A stretch of 64,000 nt of DNA from a virus (taxonomy: Duplodnaviria; Heunggongvirae; Uroviricota; Caudoviricetes): the IMG/VR virus record IMGVR_UViG_2939142107_000001, positions 1-64,000 of that record. The stretch is one strand, 5' to 3'. Position numbers and translations under genes: made by a program. A model generated the notes under the pieces. The model was not told where the DNA came from and ran no database searches. It was given only the letters and a program-made list of their open reading frames with translations. Positions 10,190 through 21,000 of this stretch are shown piece by piece; positions within the stretch are counted from its first letter, which is position 1, and every line of letters starts with the position of its first letter.

Positions 10190-10893
10190 CAGCGAGCCTC
10201 CCACACGAAAATATTAAATTTACTTTCTGTTGGAAGAGTGCTTTTTAGTAACTCCCTGTTTGTATGTGATTTTATCCTGTTTATGACTTGGATTTTTCCC
10301 GCGTTGCTATTCATTCCTCGATGAACGTAGCCTAACGCACCAATGAAAAGATCCGTTAGCTGCAATTGTTGCACTTCATGAGATCGTATATGTTGAATTC
10401 TGTTTATCGACTCATGATTGTAATCATAGCGATCATTGTGAAGAACCCCTCTTAATTTCTCAATTTTTTCAATACCTAAAGTATCTTTTATATCTAGGTA
10501 GATATTGTATGTGTTGTTACTTTCTATTATGTTTTTTAAGACATAAAAAAACATCTTATAATAGAAAGTATTATGATCTTGATGGAATCGAGCATGGTCC
10601 AGTTGCTCTTTATCAGGAACAACAACACCTCTAAAGCGCAATGCTGGGTTGCTGAAGAAGTAATCTACGACATCTAAGTAAAATTCAACTTTGGACGCAG
10701 ATACTTTAGTCCACTTGATTTCGAAATCAGGTTTTAGATTGTGTTTTAATTTTAATTCCTTGATGTCTCTAGCAATTTTTTTTGTGATAGAGCCAGGACA
10801 CCAAAGTGCACCCAATACCATGACTTTATTATGATCATTTAGTAGGTGACAGGATTCATCGCAGAATACATTAAATGTTCTTCGGTTCAACAT
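10189..10893 (-). CDS. Hypothetical protein with N-terminal FCDESCH motif (P1 rlfA position)
   Basis: 234-aa ORF, RBS GTGGAG; AT-rich; an operator-like site lies upstream at 11042-11059. Confidence 0.5.
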   Translation of the reverse strand: MLNRRTFNVFCDESCHLLNDHNKVMVLGALWCPGSITKKIARDIKELKLKHNLKPDFEIKWTKVSASKVEFYLDVVDYFFSNPALRFRGVVVPDKEQLDHARFHQDHNTFYYKMFFYVLKNIIESNNTYNIYLDIKDTLGIEKIEKLRGVLHNDRYDYNHESINRIQHIRSHEVQQLQLTDLFIGALGYVHRGMNSNAGKIQVINRIKSHTNRELLKSTLPTESKFNIFVWEAR

Positions 10894-11041
10894 GTTAACT
10901 CCACTTATTGTTAGGTAGAATTGTCCGTTAGTTGTTTATTAATTGCAATAAAGGGACGTCCAGATTTGACAACTATGTCCTCTTACCAGGACACCTATGA
11001 GTTTGCCTCATGGCAAACTAGAGGTGTTGAAAGTATGCATG

Positions 11042-11059
11042 GTTATAATTAGAGCAATT
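11042..11059 (-). promoter_or_regulatory. C1 operator-like site (ATTGCTCTAATTATAAC on minus strand) between repL and the downstream gene pair
   Basis: About 13/17 match to the recalled C1 operator consensus ATTGCTCTAATAAATTT; overlaps a TATAAC -10-like hexamer. Confidence 0.35.
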
Positions 11060-11061
11060 CA

Positions 11062-11907
11062 TTACCCTCTGAATCCTGCCGGTATACCCCATTGTTCGTT
11101 ATCTTTATTTTTGGCTAAAACCGCATTAAGAGCTTCGTTTACCGTCATGCAATGCGGCAGATTATCGAAGTTTGATATCCCGCCAATATCAGGAGAACGC
11201 TTGTTCTTCAGGAAAGCATATTTCCGCGAAGCCGCCTCTACTTTCTGCTTGAACTCATGTTTTTGAGCGCGTTTTTTGGATAACCGCAGATTGTCTGCCT
11301 TTGCTTTTGCCTCAGCGATCCAGGAAGTCAAATTTTTGAGCCTGGTCGTTCCGGCACCGCCGGAAACTGATCTTTTTGTTTTTTTAATTTGTGACTTCTT
11401 ATTCTTTATTGCCACGTCATCCTGACAGGGGGAGGGGGTATCATTTTGACATGGGGGTGTGGATAAAAAATTAAATAAAGCCAATGTCTTAGCGAGAACA
11501 GCTTTAACCTTGGTTGCCGCTGAAGAGATCTTTAATTTGCTTTCAATCAGCGCATTTTTGGCTTGTTGTGCGAAGGCCAAAAAGGATGGTGTAAACCGGT
11601 ACAGGTTAGCGCGACGTTCATGGTGATCGCCGATAACAATCTCTACAGACAGAATTCCTTTGTTTACAGCTTCACGGAATGCACGAACGACGGTTGATTG
11701 GCTATAACCAGTTTCTGCCGCGATCAGGCGGTGAGGCTTGTGAATGAAGTATTCACTGGTTGTTGCCGCTAGATTTGCACATTGCGACAGGATATGCCCG
11801 GCGCTACGGGATAGACCGGAGTGTGTTACAAAGCAGGCCAATTCATAGCCAGAAAAAGTAAAATCGCTCATCGTTATACAGCTCAGGAAAGTGACTTTAG
11901 CCAGCAT
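11062..11907 (-). CDS. repL: Lytic replication protein RepL (the lytic origin is expected inside this gene)
   Basis: 281-aa ORF directly downstream of kilA on the same strand; size and order match the P1 kilA-repL lytic replicon under a C1 operator. Confidence 0.75.
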   Translation of the reverse strand: MLAKVTFLSCITMSDFTFSGYELACFVTHSGLSRSAGHILSQCANLAATTSEYFIHKPHRLIAAETGYSQSTVVRAFREAVNKGILSVEIVIGDHHERRANLYRFTPSFLAFAQQAKNALIESKLKISSAATKVKAVLAKTLALFNFLSTPPCQNDTPSPCQDDVAIKNKKSQIKKTKRSVSGGAGTTRLKNLTSWIAEAKAKADNLRLSKKRAQKHEFKQKVEAASRKYAFLKNKRSPDIGGISNFDNLPHCMTVNEALNAVLAKNKDNEQWGIPAGFRG

Positions 11908-11936
11908 TACAATGCTGGTGGTTCTTACTACGTCTG

Positions 11937-12737
11937 TTAGCGCGTTGCCGCGACAGGTACCAGCACACCAGCATCAAGCAATCGCTTCATCAGCCACTGC
12001 TGACCTTTGCCGGTTATACGAGTCGTGAAAGAAATCCTGCTTCCATTGCTTGTATCGATCACGGTTTCTTTAAGGGTGAAATACCCACGGGATATGTATT
12101 CTTGTTTGGGGACGTTCCTGCGTTCACCGGTTGCGATCAGAATTCCGTTATCACGCAACCAGGTGAAGAGATAGTTTTGGCCCAGGCCGAGCACTTTGGC
12201 ATAGTTGCCGATTAGAACCCCGCTAGCGGTAGCAACGCGTTCGGCGAATTCGACTTTAGGTGCATCCATAAGCATTTTTTGCTCCAGCCGTTGCTTTTGC
12301 TCTGCCAGGTCGGCAGCCAAACGGAGAGCTTCAGGGAGACTCTGCGGAATAGCTGGTTGTAATCTTCCGGCTCGATAGTCGATAAATGTCTGGTTTACCT
12401 TCAGCCGAAATGCGGGAGAAATCCAGCCTGCGTACTCCACAGCGAGCAATTCATGGGCAAAAGTGCCGCCGCCACGGCCTTCGAACGAAACTATGCAATT
12501 CTGCATAGTTTCTTTTTCAAGCTCTTCGATGAGCTGTTTGGCTGACAGCGTTCTTAGCCATTGAGCTGGCGCTTTATGGGCACCGAGTCCGCTCGCTCTG
12601 TGTAGAGCATTAAGGTTGTAACGGCCAGCGCAGTCGGTCGTAATTTCAACACCACAAATAACAGGCAGAGTGGTTGAAGGATCGACATTTTGATGAAGGT
12701 TTGATATATTCATATCCGCATTGAATGTTTGTTGCAT
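11937..12737 (-). CDS. kilA: KilA (KilA-N domain protein with antirepressor-like C-terminal domain)
   Basis: 266-aa ORF, RBS GGAGAA; its C-terminal half is clearly paralogous to the C-terminus of the adjacent Ant protein (shared ...PQSLPEALRLAA(D/E)LAEQK...GNYAKVLGL...). Size matches P1 KilA. Confidence 0.75.
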   Translation of the reverse strand: MQQTFNADMNISNLHQNVDPSTTLPVICGVEITTDCAGRYNLNALHRASGLGAHKAPAQWLRTLSAKQLIEELEKETMQNCIVSFEGRGGGTFAHELLAVEYAGWISPAFRLKVNQTFIDYRAGRLQPAIPQSLPEALRLAADLAEQKQRLEQKMLMDAPKVEFAERVATASGVLIGNYAKVLGLGQNYLFTWLRDNGILIATGERRNVPKQEYISRGYFTLKETVIDTSNGSRISFTTRITGKGQQWLMKRLLDAGVLVPVAATR

Positions 12738-12806
12738 TTTTTCTCCAAATTTGCATCAACCTTCAATCACCAGCTCGAAATGGTGATTCTTTGCACTTAG
12801 AAAACG

Positions 12807-12823
12807 AAATTTATTAGAGCAAA
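12807..12823 (-). promoter_or_regulatory. C1 operator (Op53-like) upstream of kilA-repL
   Basis: Plus strand AAATTTATTAGAGCAAA is the reverse complement of TTTGCTCTAATAAATTT, 16/17 to the consensus. Confidence 0.7.
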
Positions 12824-12900
12824 TTTTTCTGACTCGATCCAGATCGGGTTGGACGATCTGCTCAGAAACCTGCCAGTTAGCTGGCAGGTTTTTTCTTTTG

Positions 12901-13935
12901 TTAACCTATTGCTACTGGTTTTAACAAACCAGCATCAAGTAGCTTGCGAGTTAACCACTGCTGGCCTTTACCCGTTAATTGGGGCGTCAGCCGTATCTGG
13001 TAGCCATTTTCATCATCCAGCACCACTTCTTTCACCGTGAAATACCCGGCGTTGATGTACTGTTGGCGCGGTACGTTTTTGCGCGCTCCAAAAGCCATGA
13101 GAATGCCGTTCTGGCGCAACCATGAGAAAAGGGCGTTTTGCTTAAGTCCAACGACCTTTGCAAAGTTCCCGATCAGGATTCCATTGGCCACTGATACCCG
13201 GTCGGCAAAATCGACTTTAGGGGCTGCGGCCACCAGCTGTTGTTCCAACTGCATTTTCTGTTCTGCTAACTCGGCAGCCAGGCGTAGGGCTTCTGGTAAT
13301 GTCTGGGGGATCGATGGGGTAGGGGAGTTTGCCTGCTGTAACTCTTCCAGTTTGTCGATCAGCGAACGGCGGACCGCTTTTGACTCGCGCGCGGCAACTC
13401 GCAGGGCTTGTTTGTAGGTCATGGTTATAATATCTATTTCTGCGCCGTTTTTTTGACCTACGAAAATTTCGTAGGTTTCTCCTTCAAGCTCATCCTTAAC
13501 TCTGGCAATGAAATCATTGTTGCGAACTGGTTTTTCGCTACATAATTTCCGTGCCTCATTGACCATCTTCAACAATGTTTGGCTGTCGATTGTGTCTCCG
13601 GTGTTTGGGATGACATTCAGGGCTGGTGCTGGCGTAGCTGAAGCAACAGGTGCTGGTTTTTCAACATTTAAATTATTACCGGTCATTCTATGTGCCTCCT
13701 TTCTCATTTCTGCTGCCACTGTTGCGTAACGTAGACGTCCTTGTTCAATCAAATAATCCCTGATCTCGGCTATCAGTAGCCTGTTGATCACAGCCTTATC
13801 TGTTCGGGTATAAAAACGTCTGGTTATCATGAAATAGTTAGCAATTGCGCCGGGGATCTCCCGTGTCGGCATACAGGCAGTATGCAAGGCGATCGCTTCG
13901 ACTATTTCATTACGGGTGACGAGAGGTGTTTTCAT
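12901..13935 (-). CDS. ant1: Antirepressor Ant (Ant1/Ant2 of immunity region I)
   Basis: 344-aa ORF, RBS AGGGGGG; start overlaps the icd stop (ATGA); C-terminal AntA-like region shared with KilA. Confidence 0.65.
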   Translation of the reverse strand: MKTPLVTRNEIVEAIALHTACMPTREIPGAIANYFMITRRFYTRTDKAVINRLLIAEIRDYLIEQGRLRYATVAAEMRKEAHRMTGNNLNVEKPAPVASATPAPALNVIPNTGDTIDSQTLLKMVNEARKLCSEKPVRNNDFIARVKDELEGETYEIFVGQKNGAEIDIITMTYKQALRVAARESKAVRRSLIDKLEELQQANSPTPSIPQTLPEALRLAAELAEQKMQLEQQLVAAAPKVDFADRVSVANGILIGNFAKVVGLKQNALFSWLRQNGILMAFGARKNVPRQQYINAGYFTVKEVVLDDENGYQIRLTPQLTGKGQQWLTRKLLDAGLLKPVAIG

Positions 13936-14153
13936 AAACCCCCCTGAACGTCGGCAGAGAAGGGGAGGCTCCAGTAACTAAGTGAATTGCGCGAGTTAGT
14001 TGAAAAACGGGCAGTAAAAATGCAGGGGCCATCAGGCAATTGAGAGCGTGCTTCGTCTTCTGTTGCTGCGATAACGAAGTGATAGTGGTGTTTTTTACAG
14101 GAATAGAAACGCCAGATGAATTCTTGGCGTGCGCAAGGATTGGCATTAACCAT
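13932..14153 (-). CDS. icd: Icd (cell-division inhibitor, leader gene coupled to ant)
   Basis: 73-aa ORF immediately upstream of and overlapping ant; size matches P1 Icd. Confidence 0.65.
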   Translation of the reverse strand: MVNANPCARQEFIWRFYSCKKHHYHFVIAATEDEARSQLPDGPCIFTARFSTNSRNSLSYWSLPFSADVQGGL

Positions 14154-14159
14154 AGTTAC

Positions 14160-14420
14160 GGCCTCGTAAGTTGATAAACAACCTGCGACCCGCTGCTAAA
14201 CAGGTGGCAGGACGTGACGGGGTTAGCAGACTGGCACTTACGAAACCAGCAGGCCGAAGCCTCCCCATCACGCCCCACCATAATTCGGGCGTAACGTGGT
14301 TTACGGACACAAAAATACCGCAATATCGGAAATCTGCGGTTGTCCGCGTAAGTATTCAGGCTGCTAAACCCGGTCGCAGAATTTGCTACGACGGCGGAAC
14401 TATAAGCCTGAACGATTAAA
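14160..14420 (-). ncRNA. c4: Region expected to encode the c4 antisense RNA and its target sites (boundaries approximate)
   Basis: Upstream of icd on the minus strand with no plausible ORF; short mutually complementary motifs (plus strand CTGCTAAAC at 14193 and 14361, GGTTAGCAG at 14221) fit a c4/target arrangement. Exact 5' and 3' ends not determined. Confidence 0.35.
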
Positions 14421-14465
14421 AGGTCAATATGATGCGAAAAGATAGCATTCGCGACTTAAAAATAC

Positions 14466-14482
14466 AAATTTATTAGAGCAGA
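14466..14482 (-). promoter_or_regulatory. C1 operator (Op51-like) controlling the c4-icd-ant operon
   Basis: Plus strand AAATTTATTAGAGCAGA; 15/17 match on the minus strand. Confidence 0.6.
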
Positions 14483-14763
14483 TTAGTGTCGTGCAATAGA
14501 TATATTATTTGTGATGAAAAATAATGCAGAGGGATATTGTAACTTTAAGATGGATATCAATAGTCGATACATAAATTAAGTTAGCAATAAACTATTAACT
14601 TAAGAAATAATGCAGATGGTGAACTTGTCTCTGACTTTTCAGCTATACACAATAAGTTAGGGATAGCTTATAAAAAGTTGATTAATTGATATAAGTCAAT
14701 GGGAGTATTCTTGTTTACTTTTCGTTCTCGTGGTAACTTCTCGCCGGTTTTTGTTTTTCTGGG

Positions 14764-15285
14764 ATGATTCTTATGTCTAAAAAGTATACTTTATGCGCTC
14801 TTGTTGTATCTGCAATTCTTCTTTCTGGGTGTCAATCTAGCGGTGCTGATTATGCTGCCGATGTTTATGATACCGCTCAATTGAATTCGAAGCAGGAAAC
14901 AAAGACAGTCAATATTATCTCTGTGCTTCCAGCTAAAGTGAAAGTTGATAATAAAGCTAATAAAGAAGCGGCACAGACATTTGGTGCGGTACTGGGAGCT
15001 GTTGCTGGGGGCGTTGCCGGTTATAATGTTAAAGGCACATCGACACTGGGTGCTGTAGCTGGCGGTACTGGTGGTGCGGCTCTTGGTGCAGCGGCTGGTT
15101 CTTTGGTTAGTGATAAAACAATTGTTGAAGGTGTTTCACTGACTTATAAAGAAGGAACTAAGGTGTTCACTTCAACTCAAGTTGGTAAAGCATGCCAGTT
15201 TACAACGGGGCTTGCTGTGCTTATTTCAACTAAAGATAATGAAACTCGAATTCAGCCAAATGCTACTTGTCCAGAAAAGAAATAA
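14764..15285 (+). CDS. Glycine-zipper outer-membrane lipoprotein (SlyB/Pcp-like)
   Basis: Signal peptide with lipobox LSGC followed by Q; Gly/Ala-rich core GAVLGAVAGGVAGYNVKGTSTLGAVAGGTGGAALGAAAGS; AT-rich gene. Confidence 0.6.
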   Translation: MILMSKKYTLCALVVSAILLSGCQSSGADYAADVYDTAQLNSKQETKTVNIISVLPAKVKVDNKANKEAAQTFGAVLGAVAGGVAGYNVKGTSTLGAVAGGTGGAALGAAAGSLVSDKTIVEGVSLTYKEGTKVFTSTQVGKACQFTTGLAVLISTKDNETRIQPNATCPEKK

Positions 15286-15288
15286 TTT

Positions 15289-15828
15289 ATGAATAAAATT
15301 ATTTTATTTCTAATCTTTTCTACGTTTAGTGTAGGCACTGCCTTGGCTAACTCGTTGCAAAGTCAAATTGCTGCTATTGCTCAAGCGGAAAATGAAGGGC
15401 GAGCTAAAGAGCAGCAAGCTGAGGATGCCAGAAAAGAACTTATTCGCCAACAAGCACAAGCTGAACGTATTAGAAGAGAAAAAGCAGCATCTGCCGCTGC
15501 TGCACGCGAAAAACAGCGTGTTGCTGCAGAAAATGAACGTAGAGCGAAACGAGAAGCCGAGCTAGCAAATGACAAGAAGCGAGATCAAGCTTATGAGGAT
15601 GAGCTTCGCAAGCTGCAACTCGAAAGCATGAAACTCGAACTGCAAGCAAAAGCGGCTCGTGTCCAGCGAGAAAACGATTTTATAGAGCAGGAGTTGAAGG
15701 AGAGAGCAGCTAAGACAGATGTAATTCAGTCTGAGGCTGATGCAAATAGAAATATTTCTACAGGAAGTAAAGATTTACTGCAAAGCGAAGGAAAAGCTAG
15801 AGAGAAGAAAGCTAGCAGTTGGTGGTAG
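15289..15828 (+). CDS. Secreted or periplasmic charged coiled-coil protein
   Basis: N-terminal signal peptide (MNKIILFLIFSTFSVGTALA/NS) then an E/K/R/A/Q-rich helical region; starts 4 nt after the lipoprotein stop. Confidence 0.55.
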   Translation: MNKIILFLIFSTFSVGTALANSLQSQIAAIAQAENEGRAKEQQAEDARKELIRQQAQAERIRREKAASAAAAREKQRVAAENERRAKREAELANDKKRDQAYEDELRKLQLESMKLELQAKAARVQRENDFIEQELKERAAKTDVIQSEADANRNISTGSKDLLQSEGKAREKKASSWW

Positions 15829-15867
15829 TAATCACTACGATTGCGAGCATACTGTCACAAATGACAA

Positions 15868-16475
<608 letters not shown>

Positions 16476-16485
16476 GGGAGCTGAT

Positions 16486-17097
16486 ATGGGGCTTAATGTT
16501 GCTTCAGTAAAGTCTTATGTATCTTCGGCATTAACGACGACATTATTTGGCTCCGGCGTTGGTGAGCGGGAAGTTGGTAAGCTGACGTCAATCATCATGA
16601 ACAAAATGCTGTTCGCGCAAGGATGGCAGTTCTCTGTCGAAGTTGATGGTCTGGAGGGGGCAGACTTCTTTGCTAAAGACATTACCTACCACGATTACAG
16701 CATCGAATATGAAACGATTAAAATCGGCGGAGGGAATATCCTTCAGCCAACGGAGCGTTCGCCTGGGCAGATAACAATGATGGTCAGGGATACCGTTGAT
16801 GGCCTCGTTTTGGACTGGTTTAAGACGGCAAAAAGTCGGGTGATCAATCCGGACGGTACCGGGAATATACCGTCTAAATATTTGCTCAATGTGCGTATTT
16901 ATCGGTTGCTGTCCTCCGGTTTAACCAAACTGGAAAATGAGATGACGGTATTCCCGGTCACTACCGGCGATGTCACCTATGCGCGAGATCAGGTTACTGA
17001 ATTTAAGTCATTCCCAATGACCTTCGCATTGCACAGCACGTTTAACCAATCCTCAAGTTCTTTGGCTTCCCTTCTGGGCTTTAGCTTTTCTCTTTGA
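16486..17097 (+). CDS. Tail/baseplate morphogenesis protein (hypothetical)
   Basis: 203-aa ORF, tightly packed with neighbours. Confidence 0.4.
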   Translation: MGLNVASVKSYVSSALTTTLFGSGVGEREVGKLTSIIMNKMLFAQGWQFSVEVDGLEGADFFAKDITYHDYSIEYETIKIGGGNILQPTERSPGQITMMVRDTVDGLVLDWFKTAKSRVINPDGTGNIPSKYLLNVRIYRLLSSGLTKLENEMTVFPVTTGDVTYARDQVTEFKSFPMTFALHSTFNQSSSSLASLLGFSFSL

Positions 17098-17111
17098 ATT
17101 AAGGAGCAAGG

Positions 17112-17993
17112 ATGCTTTTACCTCTTTTCCCGCTACCATCGCGGCCAACTGAATTGATCCAGTTCCGTCAGCCAAATATTGCTGATGCGATGCGTTTCAA
17201 CTCGATAACACCGGAGGAACAAGAACAACAGACAACGGCGTATTTAAAAGCCTTGCTGGCTGAACCCGCGAAACATGATCCCCTGACATGGACGGCGCAG
17301 GACCGGATTACCGCGTTATGGTGGATATTTACCGGCTCCCGTGAAACACCGGTCGAGACATTCACCTACACCTGTAAACATTGCGGTAAAGAGCATTATT
17401 ACGATTGCGATATGAATGCTCTGGCTGAAGATATCCAGGTCCTGGAAGTGGAACCTTTCATTGACGATATTGAGGTGTCTGTAGAGGGAGTACCTTATCA
17501 ATGGCGTATCGTGCCGCTTGATGGTTGGGCAATGGAAATGCTGGAGATGCGCCGTGCAGCATTGCCACCTGAAGACGACGCGGAATTCAAAGAAGCGATC
17601 GTTGATTTGCGTTTTTGGGAATTCGCTTATCAGTGTGAGCTTTATAACGATGTTAGCGGTACTCGTGAAGATCAGGCTGAGCGTCGTTATGAAACGATTA
17701 AACGGATGGCCATTGATACTGAATTTATGAAGCTGGCGGCACACATCCGACTGGCTCATGAAAAGCTCGAGCATGGTTTACCGTGCTACATCGATAAAGG
17801 TGAAATGCGTCTTCGTCTCCCGCCGCATAAATGCCCAAATCAGGATAAAAAGGAGTCCACAGAGGGTGCATATACCCGTCTGTGGGTGCCCTTTCGGGCT
17901 ACCGACTTCATTCCACAGGTGGGGATTGAAAAGCTATCAGACCTTAGTGTCCAACCTGGTTTTGTATGGGGGTATACCGATTCAGGACGCTGA
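17112..17993 (+). CDS. Tail morphogenesis protein (hypothetical)
   Basis: 293-aa ORF upstream of sit. Confidence 0.4.
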   Translation: MLLPLFPLPSRPTELIQFRQPNIADAMRFNSITPEEQEQQTTAYLKALLAEPAKHDPLTWTAQDRITALWWIFTGSRETPVETFTYTCKHCGKEHYYDCDMNALAEDIQVLEVEPFIDDIEVSVEGVPYQWRIVPLDGWAMEMLEMRRAALPPEDDAEFKEAIVDLRFWEFAYQCELYNDVSGTREDQAERRYETIKRMAIDTEFMKLAAHIRLAHEKLEHGLPCYIDKGEMRLRLPPHKCPNQDKKESTEGAYTRLWVPFRATDFIPQVGIEKLSDLSVQPGFVWGYTDSGR

Positions 17994-18074
17994 AAGGCTT
18001 ACTGAATCCTATGCGTTTTTCCTGTTGGAGAAACTGGAAGAAAAACTTAAACCGAAACGGTAGGCGATAAGATC

Positions 18075-21000
18075 ATGGAAAGAAAAAACGCCAATATTGA
18101 CGATATTATAAGGACAGTTGAAACCGCCAGCGCGAAAGAGCTGGAAGAGCTTGCAGGTATTCGGGAAGCTGTTGAAGATTTGAAAGGGGAACGAGTTGCA
18201 ACTGTTGACCCAGTATCTCGCAGTGTGTCGGCATTAAATCGCACAATCGAAAATTCACGTCCTGACTTTGTGACCAATGCGCCATCAGTGGACCCTATTG
18301 TTGACGCAATAAAACGGCTTAATTTAGGGGACGTTTCTCGTATACGGGAGGACAAAGTCACTAACCGTGAACAGCAGGCTGCACCAACAGCGCACAATCC
18401 CCCAAATAGACGAAGAGAGGCAATAACAGAGGATGTTAAAGCACAGCGGTTAGAAACGGTCAAACTCGCTCGTGATTTGAAAGGGGAACGCGTTGCAACG
18501 GTTGACCCAGTATCTCGCAGTGTGTCGGCATTAAATCGAACAATCGAAAATTCCCGGCCAGACTTTGTGGCCAATGTGCCATCAGTAGACCCTATTGTTG
18601 ACGCAATGAAACGGCTTAATTTAGGGGACGTTTCTCGTGTAGTTCAGGAGGGCATTGCTCAACAGGAACAGCAGGCCAAATCAACTACACCAAAGGGTAA
18701 AAAACGACGCAGGAAGGCTATACCAGAGGATATAAAGGCACAACGGACCGAAGCAGCCGAACACGCTCGCGAAATGTTCGATCAAAAAGGCGGTGCGCAA
18801 AAAAGCCAAAACCAACGCGATGCGCGTGGTCGTTTTATTGGAAAGTTAGGGAGTAAGGCCGCAACGGAAGATGCCCGTGCTGAACGTGCTGAAAAGGCCA
18901 GGCGCAAAGAGGATGATGAGCGTCTAAATGCTGAATCAGGTTTATTAAAAAAACTGTCAAAAGTAGCTGAAGGCATAGGTAACCCTTCAGAGACTCGTGC
19001 CGTTGATGCGTTAGGTTATGCCGTTGCTGGTCCATTGTGGGCAGCAGGGAAGGAGCTTGGCGGGATATCAAAAGAAGTTGGTGGATCGCTTAATGGTGCC
19101 AGAAAGTCTATTGCCGATGTGATTCGTGGCAATGACGATAACAGCCGTAGAAAAGGTTTTTTTAGGCGTAAATCGCAAAATAGTGCCGATGTCGTTCAGG
19201 TTAACACCCAAAAACGGACAGTTCAGGAACTTCAGGAGCAGACCAGCGAAATTAAAGAGGGCAATGACAAGATTCTCAGCGCCCTTGATCAGATAGCCAA
19301 AAACACCGGGAAAAAGAAGGGCGGCTTGCTGTCCAAACTATTTAGCCTGTTAGGGAAGGGGGCCGGTGGCGTCGCGTCGTTGTTAATGGGGCGTGGCATG
19401 CTGAAAAAAGCTGGAGCACTCGCTTTTGGCGCTCTGGGGGCAAAGAAACTTGTAGGAATGCTACGCGGTGGTGGCAAGAAGACTATCGCCCATGAAGGTG
19501 GAGATTTGGCTGCCCGGGCAGCAGGTAAACTTGGATTAAAGGCAGTTGGTAAAGGGGCGTTACGCGCAATTCCCTTAGTCGGCACAGTGGCTGGAGGTAT
19601 TTATGATGCGGTAACCGGTTGGAATGATACAGAAGCGCAACGTCGAGCGTTTGGGCTTAAATCAGGACAAGATCCATCATTCCAGCAAAAAGCCGCTTAT
19701 ACGTTAGCCAATGTTCTTGATATGGGGGGACTGGTATCTGGTATTAGCAGCGCCATTGGTGAGGTTCTCAAATCACTTGGATTTGAGGATATCGGCAATA
19801 TGTTGCAATCATTTTCGACGGAAAGTATTGCCCAGGCCATTGATAGTGGGATTACCAACTTAGAAACATATATTTCTAACCTTGGCGACACCATTTCTAC
19901 CAAGTTCGAAGATTACACAGCAAAGATTGGTGATGCTGTTTCAGCATGGTTTAGCGATACATCTAATAAGCTGCTTGAAAAGCTGGATGCCATCAAAGAC
20001 TTCTTTACTGTTGATAACCTGAAACAGGTTTTCAGTGATGCAATTGATAGTGCAATTGATTTCATTAAGAACCCAGGGAAACACATTAAAGAGGCGGCTG
20101 GTAATATTTGGGATGGGGTTAAAAATTTACCTGGTAAAGCATTAGATGCAGCGGTTGATGCCGTTAAAAATACCCCTGCGGCAATGATTGTATCAAAAAT
20201 ACCCAATCCGATCGGCGAGGCTAATGCGAAAGAAATCACTCCAGAGTTAAAAGCTCCGGTTAATAGCGAGGCTAATGCGAAAGAAATCGCTCCAGAGTTA
20301 AAAGCTCCGGTTAATAGCCACCAGGAGACATCTGATTCTAAAACTGAATCCGATGCCAAACAGACTAATATTGCTACCCGCGTGATAAATGCGGCACTGG
20401 ACACAGCGAAAGATAGCAATAAAACAGTTAAACAAACTGCCAATCAGATTATCAATGCAAATGCCGTAGAAACGGGCAATAGCGCGTTGCAGAAAATTGA
20501 TAAAGCTATTGGTCAAAATAGCTCGTCATCATCCTCGCTTAATACCACTGGCACCAGGAATGACATTCAGAAAGCTGCGGATACCTACAATAATGGCAAC
20601 TTGTATGTAAAAGTCGGAAGTCTTGGCGCTGAAGGTAAGGCAAATCTCGATAAGTTGGCTCCGTATTTTGCTGAACTAGAGAATAAATATGGCCTTCCTG
20701 AAGGTACTCTTTACGCGATTGCTGCAACTGAATCTGGTGGTAATCCGTATGCAAAATCCCAAACCGGTGCTCTGGGAATGTTTCAGTTCACGGGGATTGC
20801 TCGTGAAGAGACTGGCTTAGCTGAAGGTGAATCGTTTGATCCTGTGAAATCGGCAGAAGCTGCGGCTCTTCTCATGAGCAAGTATCTGAAGCAAGCCAAT
20901 GGAGACTTAAACGAGGCCATCACTGCATATAACGCTGGGTTTGGCACTATCAATAAGTGGAAAAAAGGCACAGGTGACTTATCGAAAGAAAACCGTGAGT

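Noticed and set aside
14764-15828. Lipoprotein plus coiled-coil protein considered as an o-spanin/i-spanin pair
   Set aside because: Gene order is reversed relative to spanins (lipoprotein first), the lipoprotein is large and glycine-zipper type rather than a small Pro-rich o-spanin, and the pair is not in the lysis cluster.
18047-18574. 175-aa antisense ORF inside sit with an internally repeated peptide
   Set aside because: Artefact of the in-frame tandem duplication in sit read on the opposite strand; fully embedded in a well-supported long coding region.
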